DNA of 63,797 bases, filler included, from Chiloscyllium plagiosum (Eukaryota): the NCBI RefSeq assembly GCF_004010195.1. It is 4 parts of 2 records of this genome, joined end to end, with 100 filler letters (N's around TTAATTAATTAA, not from the genome) between each part and the next. Parts side by side here need not be neighbours in the genome. Positions count along the whole stretch, not along the records: positions 24,555 to 54,403 come from NC_057714.1; 3 more parts are not named here. One strand, written 5' to 3'. The stretch's first letter is position 1. The number at the start of each line of letters is the position of its first letter. Below, one piece after another: positions 39,627 to 51,269 of this stretch. The notes beneath the pieces were generated by a model. That model ran no database searches. It was not told where the DNA came from and was given only the letters and a program-made list of their open reading frames with translations. Made by a program: the position numbers and the translations under genes.

Positions 39627-41077
39627 AGTGAAGCATTCATTCCGATTGGAATAAATGTTAAAACTGGAGTTAGATTACATGGAGTCTTCCTTAGCAGGAA
39701 AAAAATGACATTAAAAAGTCTGGATTTTCTGAGTTGAAATATGTTAAATGGTTAAATACCTACATTCGTAAATGATATACCGTTAAAATAAATTTTAAAA
39801 CTTTGAAAGATAAAACATTCCACAGTCCTCCAGTGTATACAGAGTGGATCTTCGGGGATTTCCTGTGCTCACTGGCCTCCAGACCACCTTCTTGGGCTAT
39901 CATATGTTCTTAGATACATTGTGGCCCCTGCCTGGTGGCTACACTTTGCATATCTGTGGCACACCCTCCGGCTAACAGTTGTGACCACCTCTCAGGTTCA
40001 CTCAAACTGTGGAGTGAGGGCCCTCCTCTTGGCCAGCTACATACTCCTGGCCTTCCTCCTTATACCGTCCCTGGCATGGGATTGGGGAAGAGGTCGTTGG
40101 CCATGGCTGGGCTCAGTGATTGTTTCTCTCTCTCTCTCAGATGGTGACTAGGTTGCAGGGCTCGTAGTGGATTCTGGCAGACACCATGGGAAGGCTGGGA
40201 CTTGAAAGCTGATGGGCTGATTGGTCTGATGGAGTTTGGAGGCTTCCTCGCTGGTTGTGAGATGATGCCTGTATCGGTGGTCCTGTCATGAATTGCCGGG
40301 TGGGTGTGGGGCGCTCCTAATTCAATGTTCGAGTTGGATCCTAATTCTGATGATCGATGTGTATTGATTACTTATATTAACTACTTGTTTATTGATGCTG
40401 CCTCACAGATAAAACAGCAACAGCCTGTTTCACATCCTGGCTTTCCCTTACAGACAGTTCTTTTAGAAATCTGTGACCACGCAGGTGAATACTGTGACAC
40501 GTCTCCTTACAGGCTGAACATTTAGTACACCCCCAGGGTGAAGCCATGGCATGCTCCAAGTGGCACTGGTTTCTGTGGATGTCACTCCCAAGGTCCTGCA
40601 CAAGACCTACAGTAGGCAAATGACAAGCCACTTACTGCCAGGATAAGGTTAAAAATCTTAACTATCCAATCAATTCTCTGAAACAAATAAAAGCAGCCTG
40701 GATAAAAGGGGTGCATCTAGCCACCTGATTGATCCTTTACAGAATACAAAAGCCTTTATCATTTATACATCGCTCTGTTGTGGGCTGACACTACACAAGT
40801 AAACAATACACTTCACTCCAGAATTTTTAGTCTGATCACTTCCAGGGAAATAAGCATACTGCAGTTTTATCATAATCAAACTGAATTCACTAAGCTGAGG
40901 AACTTGGAGTCTTTCCAAAGCAAAACATTTTACTTCCTTCATCCTGCTCAGCATCGCTTCTCATCCTAGTTAACAAGCTGCTATTTTATTGTCAGTTGGA
41001 AGAATCACATGAAATGCTATGGCGCTCGCTCAGGCTCAGTTACTAATTTCATTCTTACTCTCAGTGATCGTGTCAGC

Positions 41078-41870
41078 TGTGGCTCAGTTGGCAGCACATT
41101 TCCTTCTGAATCACAAGGTCATGAGTTCAAATCCCATTCCAGAGACTTAAGCAGAGAACTCAAGCTGACATTCTCAGTTTAGTATTGGGCAAGTGCTGAA
41201 ATGTCAGATGTGCCATCTTTTGAATGAGATGCTTAACTCAGGCCATCTATCCTCTCAGATAAATGCAAAGGTTTTTTTTGTAGAACTGCAGGGAAATTCT
41301 TCCAAGTGTCTTGGTCAATATTTATCACCCTCAGCCAAAAGCACAAATAGATACTCTGGTCGCTATCTCAATGCTGGTTGTGGGATCTTTCTGTGTGCAA
41401 AATGAGTGCCTACATTTCCTTAATTGCAAAAGTGATTAGATTAGATTACTTACAGTGTGGAAACAGGCCCTTCAGCCCAACAAGTCCACACCGACCCGCC
41501 GAAGCGCAACCCACCCAGACCCATTCCCCTACATTTACCCCTTAACCTAACACTACGGGCAATTTAGCATGGCCAATTCACCTAACCTGCACATTTTTGG
41601 ATTGTGGGAGGAAACCGGAGCAGTTGGAGGAAACCCACACAGACACAGGGAGAATGTGCAAACTCCACACAGACAGTCGCCGAAGGCTGGAATTGAACCC
41701 GGGTCTTTGGCACTGTGAGGCAGCAGTGCTAACCACTGTGCCACCGTGCTGCCCATTGATTGCATTTTAATTGCAAAAGTGATTGCATGTGTTTCATTGC
41801 CCATGAAAGGCTTTACAGCATCCTGAAGTTGTGAAAGGCATTATAAAAATGCAAGTTCCTTCTTTCTTGA
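41078..41870 (+). mobile_element. Deu-domain tRNA SINE (SacSINE1/AmnSINE-like) split by an HE1 SINE
   Basis: TGGCTCAGTTGG A box, GAGTTCAAATCC B box, CAAGCTGACA..GTGCTG..TGCCATCTTT..GAGATG core, tail GAAAGGCATTATAAAAATGCAAGTTCCTT. Confidence 0.7.
41438..41754 (-). mobile_element. Young HE1/V-SINE-type SINE with an 18-bp TSD
   Basis: TTAATTGCAAAAGTGATT at 41420-41437 and 41767-41784; (TAATC)n tail. Confidence 0.95.
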
Positions 41871-42299
41871 ACCTTTGGTCTTGACAGAAAAAGTAAAATT
41901 TTGGGGGATTGGATGATGTATTGGACAGCACAATGACTTTTTAACTCAGGGAGCAGGGACCAAATTCAGCCCAGGGTGAAACTATCCTCTTGCACCAAGT
42001 GGAAGATCCTGCTGGAAACTGACACAGTCGGTACATGTTCAAAATGGAAGTTAGCCCAGAATGCAACACTGCTCCCAAATGCTGACTAATACTGCACACT
42101 GATAGATGATATAGAAAATGACAAAGATAATAGTGTAGCATGGGGTGCCTTTCTATACTCAACCCTGCAGCTGGAGAAGAATAATCTTGTAGCCACTATG
42201 TCATGGTAGGAACTCAAGGGAACTTAATATTACTATAACAGTCTGAAGCCATGTTCTCAGAATTCTGAAAATAAATCATATTGACGTTGAAGTGACTCT

Positions 42300-42500
42300 A
42301 ATCTTCTAATGTTAATGCTCTAGGGACCTGAGTTTGAATCCTGATGGCGGAGTTAAGAATCTAATGATGATCATCAATTCACTGCTGATTGTCAGAAAAA
42401 TCTACCTGGTTCACTAAAGTCCTTCATAGAAGGAAATCTACCCTTCTCATCTAATCTTGCCTATACGTGACTGCAGATCCACAGCAATGTGGTTAACTCA
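42300..42500 (+). mobile_element. Third tRNA-like SINE family, partial
   Basis: CTAATGCTCT..GAGTTTGAATCC..CTGGTTCACTAA..GAAGGAAAT; related pieces at 45280-45545 and 48255-48860. Confidence 0.55.
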
Positions 42501-42509
42501 CTAACTGGG

Positions 42510-43425
42510 AACTTAACATGCAGGGTTATTTGACATTTCAGAGAGACAGGAGGGGTGGAAAAGGTGTAGGGCAGCACCACTAGTAACACATCAAATGAGA
42601 GACAATCCAGGCTCAGAAGATTTGGAGTCCACTTGAGCCGAGGTAAAAAAACAAGGAAAAGAAGACATTATGGAAGTAATGTACAGACCTCCAGAAGCCA
42701 CTGGAAATCAACAAATAATGGGAACATGTAAAAAGAAAGCAGAAATAATTATAGATGACTTTAATCTTTATGTTAATTGTTTAATCAAATTGGACAGTTT
42801 AGCTACAACAACAAATTTACAGTATATATTAACGACTTGGAAGAAGAATATGAATGGACTGTAGCCAAATTTTCAGACGACATAAAAATAGGTGGAAAAG
42901 CAATTTGCAGGAGGGATACAAGCAGTTTTCAGTGAGATAGTGATAGGTTAATAAATGGGCAAAAAGTTGGCAAATGGAATATAATATGGAAAAAAATGTG
43001 AAGCTATTCATTTGGGAAGGGAGAACAACTGCAGGAAGCTGGGGGTATTTGTGCACTGAACACAGAAAGCCAGCACAATGATACGGCAGGGAATCAGGAA
43101 AGCTAATGGCATGTTGGCCCTTATTTCAAGGGTGTCGGGGTAATTAGAGTAGGGAAGTCTTACTGCAATTGTACAAGATACTGGTGAGACTACATTTGGA
43201 GCACTGAGAGCAGTTTTGGTCCTCTCATTTAAGGATGAATGTTATTTCATTGGGGACAGTTCAGAGAAGGTTCCCTCGGATGATCCCTGGGATGGAGAGA
43301 TTGTATTATGAGCAAAGATTAAACAGGTTCGGACTCTACTCACAGGAGTGCAGAAGAATGAGAGGTGATCTCATTGAAACACACAGGATTCTTAAGGGCC
43401 TTGACAGGGTAAATGCTGAGAGGAC
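42510..43425 (+). mobile_element. Decayed CR1 (EN fragment joined to RT/3' part)
   Basis: MYRPP, IIDDFN, KFSDD, VQRRFPRMIPG and RGDLIETH. Confidence 0.8.
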
Positions 43426-43454
43426 TGTATGGTGGTCCATCTCACGGGACCAGA

Positions 43455-43558
43455 GGCAACAAAAACAGAAGTTGCTGGAAAAGCTAGGGCAGAGCTGACA
43501 GTATCTGTAAAGAAAAATCAAAGTTAATGTTTCAGGTCCAGTGACCCTTCCTCAGAAC
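43455..43558 (-). mobile_element. Short PLE 3'-end element (family P3) beginning with a hammerhead (43523-43558; stem III ACGU>ACAU)
   Basis: Reverse complement GTTCTGAGGAAGGGTCACTGGACCTGAAACATTAAC is homologous to 14531-14570. Confidence 0.75.
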
Positions 43559-43559
43559 G

Positions 43560-45050
43560 ATGCTGGGAGACCTGGCTCACAGACTTATCAAGAAACAGCC
43601 TGACATAGTCATACCCAGACATCACCATCACTGAATATGCCCTGTCCCACCAGCAGGACAGATCCAGCAGAGGTGCAGCACAGTGGTACACAGTCCTGGA
43701 GTCCTCCGGATCTAATGAAGTCTCATAGCCTCAGGTTCAACATGGGTAAGGAAATCTCCTGCTGATTACCACATACCGTTCCCCCCTCAGCTGATAAATC
43801 AGTACTCCTCTGTATTGAGCAACACTTGAATGAAGCACTGAGGATGACAAGGGCACAGAATGTATTCTGGTGAGGGATTTCACTGTCCAGTACCAAGAGT
43901 GGCTTGGCAGCAGTATACTGATCAAGCTGGTTGGGTCCTAAACGACATAGCTGCTAGACTGGGTTTGTGGCAGTGGTGAGGGAACCAACAAGTGGGAAAA
44001 AACATACTTGACCTCATCCTTAGCAATCTGACTGCTGCAAATACATCTATCCATGACAGTATCGCTAAGATGAGTCAGCACACAGTCCTTGTGGAATGAA
44101 GTCCCATCTTCACACTGAGAATACCCTCCATCATATTGGTGACATTATCACAATGCTAAATGGGACAGACTTTGAATAGATCTAACAACTCAAGACTGGA
44201 CATCCATGAAGTGCTGGAGGCCATCAACAGCAGCAGAATTGTACTCCAGCACAATCTGCAATCTTTTGACCCAGCATATCCGTCACTCAACCATTACCAT
44301 CAAGCCAAGGCATCAACCCTGGTTCAATGGAGAGCAGGAGGGCATGCCAGGAGAAGTAGCACGTCTACCTGAAGATGAGGTGTCAACCTGGAGAAGCTAT
44401 CAAACAGGATTACTTGCTTGCCAAAAAGCATAAGCAACAAGTGATAGCACTAAGTGATTTCACAATCAATGGATCAGATCTGAGCTCCACAGTCCTGCCA
44501 CTCCAGTCGTTAATAGTGCTGGACAATTAAACAATTCACTGGAAGACATGGCTCCTCAAATATCCCCATCCTCAATGATGGAAGAGCTCAACACATCAGA
44601 GCAAAAGATAAGGCTGAAGCATTTGCAGCAATCTTCAGCTAGAAATGCCGAGTGGATGATCCATCTTGGCCTCCTCCAGTGTCCCCAGCATCACAGACAT
44701 CAGTCATTATCCAATTCGATTCACTCCAGATGATATCAAGAAACAGTTGGATACATTGAATACAGCAAAAACTATGGGTCCTGATAATATTCCAGCAACA
44801 GTACTGATGACTTGTGCTCCAGAACTTGCTGTACCAGTGCAGAATATATCTTGCAAATATATCTCGACTGTTTCACTGTTGCTGGCTCAAAATCCTGGAA
44901 TTCCCTCCCTAATGGAATTGTAGGTCTACCTACCACATGGACTGCAGCGCTTTAAGAAGGTAGCATGCCACCACCTTCTGAAGGGCAACCAGAGTCAAGC
45001 AATAAAAGCTGGCCAGCCAGTGACGCCCAACTCCTAAGAATGAATGTATA
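43560..45050 (+). mobile_element. Second LINE family: endonuclease/linker region joined to its 3' end
   Basis: RLIKKQPDIVI, EPTSGK..LDLIL, QPWFN and KTMGPDNIPATVLMTCAPELA motifs. Confidence 0.8.
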
Positions 45051-45279
45051 AGAACATAAATTGTCCATGTTAAACTTAGCTTCAGAGATTATTTAAACTG
45101 CTGTGCCAAAAATATCCAAACTCTCTTCATTCAGCTTGCAACCAATTCCATATCAGGACCAGTACTAACTCAGATCCATATCTGTAGAACCCCAACAGCA
45201 GATTCCAAGCCAGGTATTCAACACTGTGCCAGAAAGAAGCACATTGATAAAAGAAGGATGTGGGGCAGTTGTTGGTGCT

Positions 45280-45545
45280 GGTGGTGTGGTGGTGTTGTGA
45301 CTAGTCTAGCAATCCAGAGGTCCATGCTAATGCACTCAGGGGTAAAGACTCAAACTCCACCATGGCAGCTAGTGGAATTTAAATTCAATTCATAAATCTC
45401 AAATTGAGAGGGAGTATCAGTAATAGTAACTATAAAACCATCAACTATTTACAATACCAAACCCACAGTAATGAAGTTCATTCTATATTGTCTCTTGAAA
45501 TAGCCCCAGAAGCCACTCAGTTCACAGGCAATTGGAAATGATCCT
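45280..45545 (+). mobile_element. Third tRNA-like SINE family, 5' part
   Basis: GGTGGTGTGGTGG..AATCCAGAG..CAAACTCCACCATGGCAG..GGAATTTAAATTCAA. Confidence 0.55.
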
Positions 45546-45857
45546 GAAGTACTGGCTTTGTTGGTGGAACAAAAGAATACATTTTTAAACATATTTCTTT
45601 TCAATCCTGTGAATGGTGGAGTCTGTGGATGGGAATACGGAGGGGAGCGCAGCTGGAACATTAACCTGTCACTGCTCCACCTGCTGTGTTACTTCCTGAT
45701 TTGGTTTCAGATATACAGCATGAACGTAGTTCTCTCCTGATTTGCATTTCTTACCCTTTCATTACTGCCTGGTGAGCCTACCTCTGAATCATCGATAAAA
45801 CAAAACAATGTCACAGAATTAAAACCAGAAAGTGCTCAAAATACTCAGGGTACCAAC

Positions 45858-45890
<33 letters not shown>

Positions 45891-46191
45891 GTTAACCTTT
45901 CAAGTCAAATATGAATCTTCTGCCAGATCTGCAGAGTATTTCCATCATCTTGGATGCAAAAGAAGCTCAAGCTTGGAAAAGACAGAAACTCAGCAGAATT
46001 TAGAATTATTGTACAGAATGACAGAAGAACCTAGTGGTCTTTCTAGATTATTCTAATGTATAGTTTGTACGTCAGCATTACTGGCAGAGAGTCTACTGCA
46101 TTGAAAAATGCTTTTCAGCCCATCAAGTCCATGCTGGTCAAAAACAACCAGTAACTATTCCAAAGCCATTTTCCAGTTCTAGGCCCATAGC

Positions 46192-46195
<4 letters not shown>

Positions 46196-46228
<33 letters not shown>
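46196..46228. repeat. (TA)n microsatellite
   Basis: Direct inspection; an (AG)n tract also lies at 45858-45891. Confidence 0.95.
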
Positions 46229-46235
<7 letters not shown>

Positions 46236-47165
46236 GTTATATCCTTCTGTTCAAGATATTCTCCTGCTTTTTGTTCAATTCTAACTTGAATTTACCGATA
46301 TAATCAGTACTCGAAAACAATGACATTTGGATTGTACCTCAAATGCAGTAAAATATCCCTTACTAATTCAAAATGAGCAAAGGTCATATGACCAACCCAC
46401 ACATTCACCAACGTGCATGTGAAATAATTAAATCATAACAGAAGAATGCTGGAAAATTCCAGCATCTGGACAGAGAAACAGGTCATATCGTAGTGTGGTG
46501 ACTTTGAAGGATAGTGAAGCTCTGGGAGAAGGCAGAGGACAGGAGTGATATAACAAAAAAATGCAACGATGATGCAAATCAAAAGGGGGTGGTTACAGGA
46601 CACCAACCAAAAAATAAATGGCTCCCATAGTAGGTGTAAATAGATTCTGCAGCATAGGAAAAGATAAATTTAGTTAAATATTTTTGACACCATTCTAACT
46701 TTAAGATTATCCTTCCATATTAAGATTATCCTTCCATTTATTTCATTTAGGATCTTGATTAATAAATAATTTGTATTATATACGTCTCACATGACCTTAA
46801 GACAGCCAGTCAATTACTTTTGCAGCACAGTCACTGTTGTAATGCAGAAAACTGTTGTAATGCAAAATTTCACACAGTAAGTTCTCACACCAGCTAATCT
46901 GTTTTTGTGATATCAAGGGATAAATATTAGTCATGAGAACTTTGCTGAGTTGGGTAATATTGCCTTCAATCCCTCTGCTGCTCTTGGGCAGCCCCTTTAG
47001 ATACTCTATTACCCAACTGCAGTGTGTAATACAAGTGGTTGATTATATTGCACAAGGATTGAATGAATATTAGTCTTCTTTCTATTGGATTTCTAACTAT
47101 TTTAGAGTGTTCAAAGTTAAAAATCACACAACACCAGGTTATAGTCCAACAGGTTTAATTGGAAG

Positions 47166-47200
47166 CACTAGCTTTCGGAGCATAGCTCCTTCATCAGGTG
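47166..47200 (-). ncRNA. Minimal type-I hammerhead ribozyme motif, intact (P2)
   Basis: CAC-CUGAUGA-A-[GGAGC UAU GCUCC]-GAAA-GCU-A-GUG; palindromic AGCU stem III. Confidence 0.8.
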
Positions 47201-47205
47201 GTTGT

Positions 47206-47247
47206 GAAATTCCTGATGAAGGGCTCCTGCCCGAAACGTCGATTTTC
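47206..47247 (+). ncRNA. Minimal type-I hammerhead ribozyme motif, intact (P4)
   Basis: GAAAUUC-CUGAUGA-A-[GGGC UCCU GCCC]-GAAA-CGU-C-GAUUUUC; stem I pairs at 6 of 7 positions. Confidence 0.8.
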
Positions 47248-47332
47248 CTGCTCCTTGGATGCTGCCTGACTTGCTGTGCATTTTCAGCACCACTCTAATC
47301 TTGACTGTAATCTCCAACATCTGCAGTCCTTA

Positions 47333-47780
47333 TAGAGTCATAGAGATGTACAGCATGGAAACAGACCCTTCGGTCCAACCCGTCCATGCCGACCAGATAT
47401 CCCAACCCAATCTAGTCCCACCTACCAGTACCCAGCCCATATCCCTCCAAACCCTTTCTATTCATATACCCATCCAATTGCCTCTTAAATGTTGCAATTG
47501 TACCAGCCTCCACCACCTTCCTCTGGCAGCTCATTCCATACACGTACCACCCTCTGCATGAAAAAGTTGCCCCGTAGGTCTCTTTTATATCTTTCCCTTC
47601 TCACCCTAAACCTATACCCTCTAGTTCTGGACTCCCCGACCCCAGGGAAAAGACTTTGTCTATTTACCCTATCCATGCCCCTCATAATTTTGTAAACCTC
47701 TATAAGGTCACCCCTCAGCCTCCGACGCTCCAGGGAAAACAGCCCCAGCCTGTTCAGCCTCTCTGTATAGCTCAAATCCT
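47333..47780 (-). mobile_element. Young CR1 3' fragment
   Basis: ORF 47485-47775: ERLNRLGLFSLERRRLRGDLIEVYK..VWNELP. Confidence 0.95.
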
Positions 47781-49489
47781 CACTTTCGCCTTTCTAACTA
47801 TTTTGTCTGGTTTAAAGCAATCAGAATTGTGTATGGTAAATATACTTTTCCCTGCCTCTTAAAGTAACATCTGTTCAGGGTTGCAACAGTCATTGTGCAG
47901 CTCTATGTAAGCCTCTTATATGAACACAAAAACTATTTGAAAGGAGAAAACAAATGGAAAAAAGAATGATGAGTGCAAGTGGTGATGAGATGCACAGGGA
48001 CTAGGGCGGTAACCACAAATCTGTGACTTTTAGACCAAACAATTAATCTTTAATCTGAAGCGAAATGACATTTCACTTTTTCATTCCAAACTTCAGGGAA
48101 TTAAATTCTTTTTCTTGTAGCCTTTCTTGAGCAGTATGCATCCTATGTTGGAATTCTATTTACATCTCAGCCAGTGTTATTATCATTCCAGCATGATTCA
48201 GTACAGTAGAGACACTGACATACTCGACGCTGGTGATCTGGCTGAATACTAAGTAACCTGGAGACTTGTACTAATAGTCCAGAGACTGCGAGTTCATATT
48301 TACCACAACCACTTCGAGCAGTTGAATTCAGCTATTAAAACATTCCACTTAAAGCAAACATTAAGGAGGAGGTTTGATACAGGTGTTCAAAATTCTGAAC
48401 TGTTTATCCTGACAGAGGAGTAGTTAACTAGAGGACAGCAATTTAAGGCAATTGTCAAAAAAAACAGAGGCAACATGGAAAAACAAGTGAGTAGCTGTGA
48501 CCTGGAATTTACTGACTGAAAATAGTGATGCAAGAAGATTCAATAAAAACTTTCATAGGGGAATTGAAGACAGAAAAAAAATTGCTGAGGTGTGGCACTC
48601 CCTAGATAGCTTTTCGAAAGAGCTAGCAAAAGACTGTAGCACTCCATGATTCTGCCCTAAGTGTGACTATGAAGCTATCACACTGTAGTGAAAATTGCAA
48701 CTGGTTCATAAACATTCTTTAGGAAGGGAAACATCCAGTGCTTATCTAATCTTGCTTATATTTATCTCTCGTCTGCTATTAACATGAGTGACTCTTATCT
48801 GCCCTCTGAAGCCACACAATTGCATCAAGATGCCCATCTCAGGGAAACTAGAAATAATTTAACAGTTGAATTGAGAAATAATTTGCATTACACACCAGCT
48901 CACTTGAACAGCCAGTCAATTACTTGCTGGCCTTGGTTGTCTATCAGACCAAGGGTGGAATCTTACAAGGGTCTAAATGACATGGGCTATGTTGAGAAAT
49001 GTGGCAGAATCAGGGGAAAAGTCCACCAAGACCTGTCTCAATGTCAGGAGCAATTCACTGAATTGTTTAAGTGAGTTCTGGGTGTCGCAATGGGATTCAC
49101 ACTCCTGAGCAGACAGTTTCCTGCTAAGAGGGATTATTGTTTGTTAACAACCTTATCACAGCACATCTCGCTTTATTAGTATTCAGCTCCCCATTCTACC
49201 ACCAACTGCAATCACACTGCACAGACAGAATTCTCAACATGGAAGTCAAGTGGGTATGTGGAGAGTTCAGCTCACTGCAAACAACTTCCATGTTAGTTAG
49301 CACAAAACAGGATCTCAGGGCAGAATCCATCGACACCAGCTGCATGCACCCCTCAACCACGGTCGTCCAATATTTGCTAATCTCTCAGGATCTTCCTGGT
49401 ATCTCTCCAATCCACTTGCAGAACATTTAGGAGGCAGAGACTTGCATTGCAGGATGCAACAGCTACTGGCACTGGCACTTGTTTCATTA

Positions 49490-50095
49490 ATATTCACAAA
49501 AGATTAACATCCAAGTTCAGTGGGTAATAGAGAAGGCAAATGGAATATTGGCCTTTATTTCAAAGAGAATGGAATATAAAAGTCAGCAGATTTTGCTAAA
49601 ACTGGTCAAAGCACGAGCCAGATTAAAGCTGTGAACCGTTTTGAACCTGTTTTTGAAGAGTCAACGGAGGAAGCCCAGAGAAGATTCATTAGGGTGATAC
49701 CGAGTATGAAAGTACTGTATTTTGAGGACAAGCTGAATAGATTGGACCCATGCTCATTGGAATATAGAAGAATGAGATGCAATTTTATTGAAATATACAA
49801 ATGTATAGGGGACTTGACGAGGTAGACATGGAAAGTTGTTATACCTTGCAGGAGAGTTTAGGACCAGAGGGCATAATCTTGGGATGGGTGTTGCATATTT
49901 AAGACAGAGATAAGGTAAATTTATTTTCTCAGTAGGTTGTGAATCCGTGGAATCCTTTATCGCAAAAGGCTGAGTCATTAAATATATTCAAGGCTGAGAC
50001 AGACAGATTTTTAACCACTAAGGAATTTCAGGGTTGGGAGAAAAGGCAAAAAAGTGGACTTAAGGATCATCATATCAGCCATGATTTCATTGAAC
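49490..50095 (+). mobile_element. CR1 3' fragment
   Basis: KANGILAFISKRMEYKS and AQRRFIRVIP; similar to 17660-18300. Confidence 0.85.
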
Positions 50096-50129
50096 CCGTT
50101 TTCTGTTTTTATGTCAGATTTCCAAAACA

Positions 50130-50334
50130 TGAAACCAAAAGAGAAAATGCTGGAAAATCTCAGCAGGTCTGGCAGCATCTGTAAGGAGAGAAAAGAGCTG
50201 ACGTTTCGAGTCTGGGTCAGTTAGACTCGAAACGTCAGCTCTTTTCTCTCCTTACAGATGCTGCCAGACCTGCTGAGATTTTCCAGCATTTTCTCTTTTG
50301 GTTTCAGATTCCAGCATCTGCAGTAATTTGCTTT
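50130..50334. mobile_element. PLE 3'-end insertion with a 5' inversion forming a perfect 84-bp inverted repeat
   Basis: Arms 50130-50213 and 50223-50306 are exact reverse complements with a 9-nt loop; TSD-like TTTCC(A/T)AAACATGAA at 50119-50133 / 50335-50349. Confidence 0.92.
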
Positions 50335-51269
50335 TTTCCTAAACATGAAGCTTTTTACATTTTTGTGTGGAAGTCACAGGCACTGCGTGGCTCTCCAATC
50401 ACCATTAAAGCTAGCTAGAAATATATTTTCATTCAGGGCTTTGTGCCAGCATGAAGCACATTGAAACTTACTCTTCTCAAACCTTCAGACTGTGAAATCT
50501 GCAGATGAGAAAAAAAGTGAGAATGTAACTGGAACATAAACCTCTTTCTGGAATGATGTAGATAGATCAGCCAATCCTTCCTAATCTTAGAAGTAATGCC
50601 AGGAACCCAAATTTCAATCAGAACCTGATCAGCAACTGTTAGTAGCTGTTAAATGAACTGCTGTCTTAATCAATATGGCAATGACAAACTTAATTAGCAT
50701 CATCAAAACTCTGGTTTTTACAGACCTTGTGAACACAACACAGATTAGGGAGGTTGGCAGGTTTGATTCCTAGCTGTGGTTACAAGTGCACTTACAATTG
50801 GCCTCAGCATTACAGAGGCAGCAATGGGAAAAGAGTTGAGGTTCTTGCTTTAAACACCTAAGTAGTGGTCATGATGAAAATGCACTTAAATATTAGCAAA
50901 GGATAAGGTCAGATATAGACACTGATGCCTCCACAGCCAAATAAACTGCCAGCGCTCACCATCAACACTTACATATAAGTACATATAAGTATACATATAT
51001 TTTTTCCTAAAAATCCTAAACATTTAAGCATTTAAATCATTAGAAATTTCCCTACAACTTTGGTTAGAGCTGACATATATGGACGGAACAGAATACAAAT
51101 GGGTAAACAGAAAATCTTATACTCACTTTGTGTTTCAATTTCTTTAATATCAGAAAGCAACCCACAAATGTGACTCTTCAGTCAATTTGATTCACTCCAG
51201 GCCCATATGAAGAAATGGCTGAAGGCAATGGGTACAGCAAGAGCTGAGCTCTGAGAACATCCAGGTAGT

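Larger units (their letters stand above)
47112..47330. mobile_element. Composite of a PLE P2 3' end (minus, ~47112-47206) and a PLE P4 3' end (plus, ~47207-47330)
   Basis: Left part matches 37095-37185; right part matches 54648-54740 and 58430-58550. Confidence 0.85.

Noticed and set aside
46701..46867. Short tandem duplications (19 bp at 46701; 18 bp at ~46833)
   Set aside because: Ordinary slippage duplications with no further structure.
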